From positions 1 through 15,782 of the forward strand of contig LKMP01000016.1 of assembly GCA_001563915.1 (NCBI GenBank): DNA of 15,782 nucleotides, read 5' to 3'. Numbering within the stretch: the first letter of the stretch is position 1; every line of letters starts with the position of its first letter. A program made the translations under genes and the position numbers. This stretch comes from Nanohaloarchaea archaeon B1-Br10_U2g21. GTDB lineage: Archaea; Nanohalarchaeota; Nanosalinia; Nanosalinales; Nanosalinaceae. The notes below the pieces were generated by a model. It saw only the letters and a list, made by a program, of their open reading frames with translations, had not been told where the DNA came from and made no database searches. Below are positions 1 through 7,009 of the stretch, one piece after another.

Positions 1-1
1 C

Positions 2-40
2 GGCGGAATAATTCTCATACTCAAAAAAACAGCCAACTAA
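2..40 (+). CDS. Possible 3' end of an upstream CDS (...GGIILILKKTAN*), membrane-anchor-like
   Basis: Open frame 2-37 ends in TAA at 38-40. A hydrophobic stretch is followed by KK, and it converges on the next gene. Too short to be sure. Confidence 0.3.
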   Translation, partial: GGIILILKKTAN

Positions 41-60
41 CCAGAGTTACCGCCTAAAAT

Positions 61-648
61 TCAATACTTTGATTGATGTTTTTCTGCTTCCTCTAGAGAT
101 TTCTCAATCCATTCTGATGCATTTTCCTCTACTACATCCCCATGACCAGGATAAAATTCCTCTACCTCTAGAGCCAATAACTTCTTAATTGAAGCAATAA
201 GCATATCTCGACTCCCTTCTGCTAGATCAGTTCTCCCAAATCCGGCCTCAGGAAATATTAAGTCTCCTGTGAAAAGAATGCCGTTTCTCTTGTTATAGAT
301 ACATATAGAGTCATTTTTGTGACCTGGCGTATGAAAAACTTTAAACTCTAAACCTAAAATTTTGATTTCGTCTCCATCCCTAAGTTTTTCCGCATCTACA
401 TCCAAATTAGAAGGCTCATATGCATACACATCAGGAGAAAACTTCTCTATTATTTTAGAGAGATTATCAATATGATCATAGTGACTATGCGTTATAACCA
501 CTTTTTCAAGTGAATCTAAATTTTTAACAACGTCCCAAGTATCTCCTGTACCTGCATCAACGAGACAAACCTCACCTTTTTCCATCTTCCACACATTACC
601 AGTAAAATCTTCTGCTTCAGAAGCCAGATTTTCGATTTCCATGTACAT
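61..648 (-). CDS. MBL-fold metallo-hydrolase (glyoxalase II-like family)
   Basis: Motifs LVDAG, THSHYDH (HxHxDH), HTPGH, LFTGD, GRTDL and YPGHG. The second ATG at 642 fits TATA spacing better. Confidence 0.9.
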   Translation of the reverse strand: MYMEIENLASEAEDFTGNVWKMEKGEVCLVDAGTGDTWDVVKNLDSLEKVVITHSHYDHIDNLSKIIEKFSPDVYAYEPSNLDVDAEKLRDGDEIKILGLEFKVFHTPGHKNDSICIYNKRNGILFTGDLIFPEAGFGRTDLAEGSRDMLIASIKKLLALEVEEFYPGHGDVVEENASEWIEKSLEEAEKHQSKY

Positions 649-660
649 AGAGTAGAAAAG

Positions 661-673
661 CTATATTTTTAGG
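661..673. promoter_or_regulatory. Shared/bidirectional TATA-like element between two divergent MBL genes
   Basis: The 48-bp intergenic gap has one central AT element (CTATATTTTTAGG) about 25-30 nt from both start codons. Confidence 0.45.
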
Positions 674-696
674 CCTAACTATCCTCTGTATAAACA

Positions 697-1479
697 ATGA
701 AGCTGCACTTTTTAGGAACTGGAGGAGGCCGATTTGTCACAGGAACACAGAAAAGAAAAACTGGCGGCATGATATTAGAAACAAATGAAACTGCACTACA
801 CATTGACCCGGGACCTGGCGCTCTTATAGGCCTCAATGCAAATTCAAGTTATCCTAGAGAAAAACTTGAAGGCATAATTGTTTCGCACTCTCACCTAGAC
901 CATTACAACGATGCAGAAGCCTTGCTAGAAGTAATAACGCAATGCGAAAAAAACTACTGTCAGCTGATGGCTCCAGAATCAGTACTGAAAGGATTCAGCG
1001 ATACTGAGCAGACTATAACAAACTACCATCAAAACATGTGTAACAAAATAGTTCAGCTGGAAAACGATGGAAAAACAAAGTTCCAAGGCCTAGAAATTGA
1101 AACTCAAGAGATGTTCCATACAGATCCTAAGTGCGTAGGTTTCAAAGTATCTAATGGCGAGAAAAAATGGGGATTCTGGACAGACACACAGTATGGTGAA
1201 GAATTAGTAGGGTTCTACGACGACTGCGACGTTATCGTGATCTATTGCTCAAGACCGTGGAAAGAACCTTACAAAGGCCATACAGATTTAAGTGACGTGC
1301 CTAAAATACTCGGAAATTCAGAGGCCTCAACCGTTATAATCACTCACCTGGGGTACAAATTCCTAGAATCTGATCTAGAAAAACAGAAAACATTGCTACA
1401 AGATGAAATTGATCAAAAAGTTGTATTTGCAGAAGACGGAATGACTTTCCCAGGTAACAGAAGCTTAGGGGACTTCTAG
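697..1479 (+). CDS. MBL-fold metallo-hydrolase, RNase Z/PhnP-like (phosphodiesterase-type) archaeal family
   Basis: N-terminal LHFLGTGGGRF, then HIDPGPG, SHSHLDH, FH, WTDT, HT and ITH motifs. Confidence 0.85.
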   Translation: MKLHFLGTGGGRFVTGTQKRKTGGMILETNETALHIDPGPGALIGLNANSSYPREKLEGIIVSHSHLDHYNDAEALLEVITQCEKNYCQLMAPESVLKGFSDTEQTITNYHQNMCNKIVQLENDGKTKFQGLEIETQEMFHTDPKCVGFKVSNGEKKWGFWTDTQYGEELVGFYDDCDVIVIYCSRPWKEPYKGHTDLSDVPKILGNSEASTVIITHLGYKFLESDLEKQKTLLQDEIDQKVVFAEDGMTFPGNRSLGDF

Positions 1480-1516
1480 AAAACTTAGAGAGAATAATTG
1501 AACTAGTAGGAAATAC

Positions 1517-1522
1517 ATTAAA
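1517..1522 (+). promoter_or_regulatory. Putative TATA box (ATTAAA, preceded by purine-rich GGAAA) for a leaderless uORF/valS transcript
   Basis: Lies -29 to -24 from the ATG at 1546, the same spacing seen for other leaderless genes in the window. Confidence 0.4.
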
Positions 1523-1545
1523 GGCTAGGCCTCTACTGTGTTTAT

Positions 1546-1608
1546 ATGAACGGCGTCTATTCAATTAAGGGTGAATATTTTGTATCGGCAGCCGTTTCAC
1601 TACTTTGA
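1546..1608 (+). CDS. Putative 20-aa leader peptide (uORF) of valS: MNGVYSIKGEYFVSAAVSLL
   Basis: Runs from ATG 1546 to TGA 1606-1608 with three Val codons (GTC, GTA, GTT). It has an appropriately spaced TATA-like box, and the stop codon lies in a hairpin arm. Confidence 0.4.
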   Translation: MNGVYSIKGEYFVSAAVSLL

Positions 1609-1626
1609 AACGGTTTTAAAACCGTT
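1590..1626 (+). promoter_or_regulatory. Overlapping inverted repeats in the valS leader
   Basis: GCCGTTTCA (1591-1599) pairs with TGAAACGGT (1606-1614). A perfect 18-bp palindrome AACGGTTTTAAAACCGTT (1609-1626) overlaps the 3' arm. Confidence 0.65.
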
Positions 1627-1649
1627 GAACTTTCTAGTTGATCTAAACC

Positions 1650-1654
1650 GGAGG
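1650..1654 (+). promoter_or_regulatory. Shine-Dalgarno-like GGAGG for valS
   Basis: GGAGG lies 11 nt before ATG 1666. Confidence 0.55.
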
Positions 1655-1665
1655 AGTATAATTTA

Positions 1666-4218
1666 ATGGAAGGAAATTACAATCCAGACCAAGTTGAATC
1701 CAAGTGGACTGAAAAATGGCAGCAAAAAGGAGTATATGAATACAGAGAAAGAGGTGACCAAGTATTTTCAATAGACACTCCGCCTCCAACGGTGTCGGGA
1801 AGTCTTCACTTCGGCCACACTTATGGGAACACGTTAGCAGATTTCAAAGCCCGGTTTGAGAGAATGAGAGATCAAGATGTTTTCTACCCGTTTGGTTATG
1901 ATAATAATGGTATTGCTTCTGAAAGGCTTACTGAAAGAGAATTAGATGTAAGACATCAGGACTATGAACGATTTGAGTTCCAGAAAATGGTTAGAGAAGT
2001 CTGTGAAAAGTATGAAGCAGAGTTCGAGGAAATAATGAAGGAATTCGCGTTTTCTATGGACTGGAATAATACTTACAAGACCATCCAACCGGAAGTACAG
2101 AGGATTTCTCAGCTATCTTTCCTAGAACTTTATGAAAAGGGAAGAGAATACCGTGAAAAAGCTCCTGCAATTTGGTGTCCGGACTGTGAGACGGCCATTT
2201 CACAGGTAGAAACTGAGGACATGGAGAAAAACTCGCATTTCAATGATATAGAGTTCGATTTAGCTTCAGGGAATGGAACTATTACTATTGCTACAACAAG
2301 GCCTGAACTAATCCCTGCATGTGTCGCAATATTTGTACATCCTGAAGATGAGGCCAATGAAAATCTAGTAGGAGAAAAAGCAGTCGTACCTCTCTTTGGA
2401 CAGGAAGTACCGATTCTTGAAGATGAACGCGTAGACATGGAAACAGGTACAGGAATAGTAATGTGCTGTACGTTCGGAGACCAGAATGATATTGAATGGT
2501 ATCAGGCTCATGATCTAGACCTGAAACTTGCGATCGATAGAGATGGTACAATGACAGATGAGGCTGGAGAATATGAAGGCCTAACAACGCATGAGGCACG
2601 TGAAAAAATAGTAGAAGATCTAGAAATCGAAAACAAGTTGCTTGACAGGCGAGGAATAACACATACTGTAAAAGTACACGAACGTTGTGACCACGAAATT
2701 GAGTTTATGGTAGCAGAACAGTGGTATATTAAAGTCCTTGACAAGAAGGAAATTTACCTAGATGCAGGGAAAGATATGAACTGGTACCCTGAGAAAATGT
2801 TTACACGTTACAAAAACTGGATCGAAGGTCTTGAATGGGACTGGTGCATATCAAGACAGAGAGATTCTGGAATTCCTTTCCCAGTTTGGTACCATAAAGA
2901 AACAGGTGAACCTGTCTTTGCGAATAAAGAGGATTTACCAGTTGATCCTATGGAGGACGAACCTCCAGTCGATAATCCAGAAGACTACGAACCAGAAACT
3001 GATGTATTTGATACATGGGCAACAAGCAGCTTGACTCCACTTATCAATGCCGACTGGAACGGAAAAGAAATCAAGAGGCCTGAACTTTACCCAATGAACT
3101 TAAGGTATCAAGGCCACGATATTATTTCTTTCTGGTTGTTCCACACATTAGTCAAATGTTACGAACATACCGGCGAAGTACCGTTCAAAGACGTTATGAT
3201 CCACGGTCACGTACTCGACGAGAACAGAGAGAAAATGAGTAAATCTCGGGGCAACGTCACATCGCCTAAGGAAGTTATTGATGAGTACCCAGTTGACGCA
3301 GCCCGTTACTGGTGTGCAGGCGCTAAGGTCGGCGATGACCTTGCGTTAAAAGAAAAAGACCTTATAGGCGGAGAAAAACTTTTACGTAAACTATGGAACG
3401 CCTCTAAACTCGTCGATAGTTTGACAGAAAAAAAGGCGGACGAGAAAGACGTCAAGTTGGAGTCCGTTGACAAATGGATGGTAGCAAAAACTGATGAAGT
3501 CGTAAAACAAGTTACAGAAAACTTCAAGGCTTATGAATTTTCAAAAGCTAGAGACACACTTAGAAGTTTCTTCTGGAATACATTCTGCGATGACTACCTA
3601 GAAATCTGTAAACAAAGACTTGAAGACGAAAACCCTAGTGCAGAAAAGGCCTTGAGACAGACTCACAAAAAGATTTTGCAAATGTTCGCGCCGTTCACGC
3701 CACATATTACTGAGGAAATTTGGAGAGAAATGTACTTATCCAGCTCAGTACATAGGTCTAACTGGCCTAAACCGCAAAAAGTGAAAACTGACCTGAAAAA
3801 AGGAGAAAACGCGATGGAAACAATCTCCCTTATCAGAAAATACAAGACAGATGAAAGAAAGGCCTTGAACACAGAACTAGAAGAAGTAGAGGTATTTGGA
3901 AAAATCGAAGGCTTTGAAAAAGCAATTAAAGAAGTAATGCACGTCAAAGAACTAGAAATCTCCGATAAATCTCCTGAACTAGAGACTAAAATCAAAGAAA
4001 TTAAACTAAACTACGGTCAAGCCGGACCTGAATACGGAGAAAATGTGCCTGAGATAGAAGAAGCACTTGAACAGAATGATTATCAATTTGAGTCAGGACA
4101 TTTAGAAGTCGCCGGTCATCTTTTGAAACCTGAAATGTTTAAGGTCATAGATGAAAAGGTCTACACTGGAGAAGGGACTTTCGTTGAAGGCGAAAGCATT
4201 TCAATAGTCGTAAGGTAG
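1666..4218 (+). CDS. valS: Valine--tRNA ligase (archaeal type)
   Basis: IDTPPPTVSGSLHFGH (HIGH), ATTRPE and GTGIVMCCTFGD editing-domain motifs, WDWCISRQR, QGHDIISFW and KMSKS; 850 aa. Confidence 0.97.
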   Translation: MEGNYNPDQVESKWTEKWQQKGVYEYRERGDQVFSIDTPPPTVSGSLHFGHTYGNTLADFKARFERMRDQDVFYPFGYDNNGIASERLTERELDVRHQDYERFEFQKMVREVCEKYEAEFEEIMKEFAFSMDWNNTYKTIQPEVQRISQLSFLELYEKGREYREKAPAIWCPDCETAISQVETEDMEKNSHFNDIEFDLASGNGTITIATTRPELIPACVAIFVHPEDEANENLVGEKAVVPLFGQEVPILEDERVDMETGTGIVMCCTFGDQNDIEWYQAHDLDLKLAIDRDGTMTDEAGEYEGLTTHEAREKIVEDLEIENKLLDRRGITHTVKVHERCDHEIEFMVAEQWYIKVLDKKEIYLDAGKDMNWYPEKMFTRYKNWIEGLEWDWCISRQRDSGIPFPVWYHKETGEPVFANKEDLPVDPMEDEPPVDNPEDYEPETDVFDTWATSSLTPLINADWNGKEIKRPELYPMNLRYQGHDIISFWLFHTLVKCYEHTGEVPFKDVMIHGHVLDENREKMSKSRGNVTSPKEVIDEYPVDAARYWCAGAKVGDDLALKEKDLIGGEKLLRKLWNASKLVDSLTEKKADEKDVKLESVDKWMVAKTDEVVKQVTENFKAYEFSKARDTLRSFFWNTFCDDYLEICKQRLEDENPSAEKALRQTHKKILQMFAPFTPHITEEIWREMYLSSSVHRSNWPKPQKVKTDLKKGENAMETISLIRKYKTDERKALNTELEEVEVFGKIEGFEKAIKEVMHVKELEISDKSPELETKIKEIKLNYGQAGPEYGENVPEIEEALEQNDYQFESGHLEVAGHLLKPEMFKVIDEKVYTGEGTFVEGESISIVVR

Positions 4219-4219
4219 G

Positions 4220-4225
4220 TTAAAA
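4220..4225 (+). promoter_or_regulatory. Putative TATA box (TTAAAA) of leaderless aRF1 gene
   Basis: Lies -28 to -23 from ATG 4248, and no SD is present. Confidence 0.45.
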
Positions 4226-4247
4226 GAATTCAATTCAAGGCAGAGTT

Positions 4248-6983
4248 ATGACACAGCAAAAACACCAGGAAATGTCGAAGTATCAGTTAAAAAAACTGAT
4301 AAAAAAACTGGATGACATCAGAGGTAGAAATACTGAACTAGTTTCAGTATATATCCCAGCAGGCTACGACATGGCAAAAATGGGGGACTTCATAACCAGT
4401 GAGGCCTCAGAAGCAGAAAACATTAAATCAAAGCATACGAGGAAAAATGTTCAAGCTGCGCTTGATAAAATAGGTCGCAAACTGAAGGAAGAACAACAAA
4501 CGCCTGAAAACGGGGTGGCGTTTTTTGCAGGAAATGTTTCTGAAAGAGAAGGCAGACCCGATATTCAGGTATGGGAAGTAATCCCGCCTCAACCTATCGA
4601 GTCACGGCATTACCGCTGCGACAAAGAATTTGTTCTTGAACCCTTGAAACAAATGATTGTAGACGACAAAGTCTACGGGCTTGTAGTAGCGGATAAAAAC
4701 GAGGCCGCAATAGGATTCTTGCAAGGAAACTCTGTCAAAACAGTTCAGACAATGTCCTCTAATGTTCCGGGAAAAACTAAGGCAGGGGGTCAATGTCTTG
4801 ATCCTGATACTATAGTTCAAATGTCTAATGGTGAATTACGTAGGATAGATGATGTTGAGGTAGGAGATTGTGTAAAGAGCGCAGATTTTGTGGAAATGAG
4901 GATAAAGGATTCAGAGGTAATTGATAAATGGGAAAATGAAAAAGAACTCTATAAAATAGAAACAAAACATCCTAAAAAAATTATTAAGGCTTCAGCAGAT
5001 CACGAGTTGTTTAGAACTGATAGAGGGGTAGAAAGTGTTGCAGTAAAGAATTTGGAAGAGGGCGATAAACTAATCTTTCCTGAGTCGATACAAACTTCTG
5101 AACAAGAAGAGCTTCTGATGTCACAAGACTGTTATAACTCCTTTATAATTTCAAATAGCGGGCGGCATAAATTAAAACAGAGAAGAAAAGAGAAAAGTCT
5201 CTCTCAGAAGAAGCTCAGTAGAAGAATAGATGCAACGCAAGCATCAATATCTAAAATTGAGTTAGGTGAGAGAAATGCGGGACAGGAGTTCTTGAGAAAT
5301 ATTTGTAACGAGTTAGGTTTAGATTTTATGGACTTCACAGCAAAGTACTGTATTGGTAAGAATTACAAATTGCCGAAAAGTATGGATAGAGATCTTGCAG
5401 AAATACTAGGTTACTTTATCGGAGACGGTAGTTTTGACTCAGAAAGATTAAATTTCCATGAATCTGATAGAGAAGTTGCTGAAAAATATCAGGAAAAACT
5501 AGAGTCAGTATTTGGCTGCGATACCTCAATTAGGTTTAGGGAGGATAAAAACTACTATCTGCTACGAGCGTTCGGGAAGCCGTTAGTCAAATTTGTCAAA
5601 AAGCATTTTCCAGAAATTAAAAAATCTAGAACTACTCAAATTCCTGCTAAAATATTGAGAGACGATGAAGAAGTGCTGAAAGGATTTATTACCGGTTTTT
5701 ATGATGCAGAAGGATCCTGTTCAGAAAACAGGAAACGTATCAGTATTTCAACTAACAATGAAGTATTAATGCATCAACTCCAATCAAGTCTTTTGAGAAT
5801 AGGAATAATATCTTCATTAACTACTTACAACAACTCAAAGAACCCTTACAGTAGCAATACTAAGTACACTGTAAGTGTTTCAGATCAAGAATCCATTGAG
5901 AAATTCGCAGAGTCTATAAAGCTTAAAGCGCCAAGGAAACAGAAAGAACTTGACGCAATATGCAATAATAAAAAATCCAAAAATAACAACCGCCAAATAG
6001 TTAAAAACGGTAAAGAAGTCAGAAATATATTAGAAGATCATGATTATCTAATGGAAGACTTCAAATCTGCCAATACCTATCTACAAGGCAAAAGAGAAAT
6101 TAGCAAGAAGGTATTTGAGGAAAGATTTGTCAAGAACTCAAAGGGAGATCTCAATAAACAGTTTAGAGATATTCAAAACTCTCAACTACTGCCCACAAAA
6201 ATAAAATCAATAGAAAAAATTGGGAATCGAAAAACAATTGATATCTCAGTAGAATCAAGAAATTTTATAGCCAACAACTTAGTGGTTCATAATTCAGCAC
6301 AGCGATTTGAGCGTTTTAGAAAGGAAATGTATCAAACGTTCATGAGAGAGATATCGGATAAGGCTAAACGGGCTTTTCTACCTAAGAAAAGAGAAGAGAA
6401 GCTTTTAGGAGTGATTGTTGGAGGCCCAGGATTCACAAAGGATAAGCTGATTGAGGATGATTACTTACATCAGGAGATACAGGAAAAAATAGTTGCAAAA
6501 GAGTCTACAAACTACTCTGGAGAAGAGGCCTTAGAAGAACTTGTTGCGAAAGCTGAAGACGCTATCGAAGATTCGCAGGTTATTAAGGAGAAAAATCTGG
6601 TTAAAGAGTTCTTTGAGAACCTGAAGAAAGAGAATGGTAAATCTGAGTATGGTCCTGAACAGGTGAAAAAGGCCTTAGATATGGGGGCAGTTAAAACTGT
6701 CTTGATATCGGAGTCGACAGAACTATACTATGCAGAGTTTGAGTCTAAATCCGGGGAGAAAAAGCATATATTCGAGAGTAAAGCTGAAATACCTGAAAAT
6801 ATGGAGTCTAGTAGCGGAGAAGAAATGGATTTAGTAGAACTGGCTGATATTGTAGATGCATTTGGTAAGACTGCTGAAGAAATGTCGAGCGAACTAGAAA
6901 TAATTGGGAATGATCACGAAGAAGGCCGTAGACTCGAAAACTTTGGAGGAATCGCAGCAATTCTTAGATACAGAATAAGATAG
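4248..6983 (+). CDS. prf1: Peptide chain release factor aRF1 (eRF1 family) precursor containing an intein; spliced product 411 aa
   Basis: Domain 1 has GRNTELVSVYIP, NIKS and YRCDKEF (YxCxxxF). KTKAGGQ|SAQRFER is restored after removing residues 183-682. Also GGPGFTK and the C-terminal FGGIAAILRY. Confidence 0.97.
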   Translation: MTQQKHQEMSKYQLKKLIKKLDDIRGRNTELVSVYIPAGYDMAKMGDFITSEASEAENIKSKHTRKNVQAALDKIGRKLKEEQQTPENGVAFFAGNVSEREGRPDIQVWEVIPPQPIESRHYRCDKEFVLEPLKQMIVDDKVYGLVVADKNEAAIGFLQGNSVKTVQTMSSNVPGKTKAGGQCLDPDTIVQMSNGELRRIDDVEVGDCVKSADFVEMRIKDSEVIDKWENEKELYKIETKHPKKIIKASADHELFRTDRGVESVAVKNLEEGDKLIFPESIQTSEQEELLMSQDCYNSFIISNSGRHKLKQRRKEKSLSQKKLSRRIDATQASISKIELGERNAGQEFLRNICNELGLDFMDFTAKYCIGKNYKLPKSMDRDLAEILGYFIGDGSFDSERLNFHESDREVAEKYQEKLESVFGCDTSIRFREDKNYYLLRAFGKPLVKFVKKHFPEIKKSRTTQIPAKILRDDEEVLKGFITGFYDAEGSCSENRKRISISTNNEVLMHQLQSSLLRIGIISSLTTYNNSKNPYSSNTKYTVSVSDQESIEKFAESIKLKAPRKQKELDAICNNKKSKNNNRQIVKNGKEVRNILEDHDYLMEDFKSANTYLQGKREISKKVFEERFVKNSKGDLNKQFRDIQNSQLLPTKIKSIEKIGNRKTIDISVESRNFIANNLVVHNSAQRFERFRKEMYQTFMREISDKAKRAFLPKKREEKLLGVIVGGPGFTKDKLIEDDYLHQEIQEKIVAKESTNYSGEEALEELVAKAEDAIEDSQVIKEKNLVKEFFENLKKENGKSEYGPEQVKKALDMGAVKTVLISESTELYYAEFESKSGEKKHIFESKAEIPENMESSSGEEMDLVELADIVDAFGKTAEEMSSELEIIGNDHEEGRRLENFGGIAAILRYRIR
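4794..6293 (+). mobile_element. Class 1 intein (500 aa) with XRE-type HTH and LAGLIDADG homing endonuclease, inserted between GGQ and Ser of aRF1
   Basis: Block A CLDPDTIVQMSNG (Cys1 at 4794), block B IKASADHELF, block C LAEILGYFIGDGS (5394-5432), block E GFITGFYDAEGS (5682-5717), block H ISTNNEVLMHQLQSSLLRIGI, block F TIDISVESRNFIAN and block G LVVHN, followed by Ser+1 (6294). Exactly 1500 nt, in frame. Confidence 0.97.
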
Positions 6984-6984
6984 C

Positions 6985-7009
6985 TTTTTTGAGCCACTAT
7001 AGGTGTGGC
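6985..7009 (+). terminator. Putative terminator after aRF1 (T6 tract followed by a small GCCAC/GTGGC hairpin)
   Basis: TTTTTT at 6985-6990 follows the TAG. An inverted repeat (6993-6997/7005-7009) lies between the convergent genes. Confidence 0.4.

Noticed and set aside
1340-1564. 74-aa minus-strand ORF
   Set aside because: It overlaps the MBL gene antisense, has basic non-host-like composition and shows no motif.
1563-1579. AATTAAGGGTGAATATT resembling a bacterial T-box upstream of valS
   Set aside because: It lacks the essential UGGNACC antiterminator bulge, there is no room for a Stem I/specifier loop, and T-boxes are not established in archaea.
2130-3995. ORFs 2130-2438, 2291-2662, 2508-2744, 2831-3034, 3306-3527 and 3663-3995
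   Set aside because: Shadow ORFs within valS. The Ser/Phe/Leu-rich antisense ones are the expected mirror of Glu/Lys-rich codons.
4602-4820. 72-aa minus-strand ORF across the intein 5' junction
   Set aside because: Antisense to conserved aRF1 sequence, with no recognisable features.
4248-6983. Interpreting the 911-aa ORF as a release factor-nuclease fusion, pelota or pseudogene
   Set aside because: Complete intein splice motifs and exact restoration of GGQSAQRF explain it. NIKS and GGQ identify aRF1 rather than pelota.
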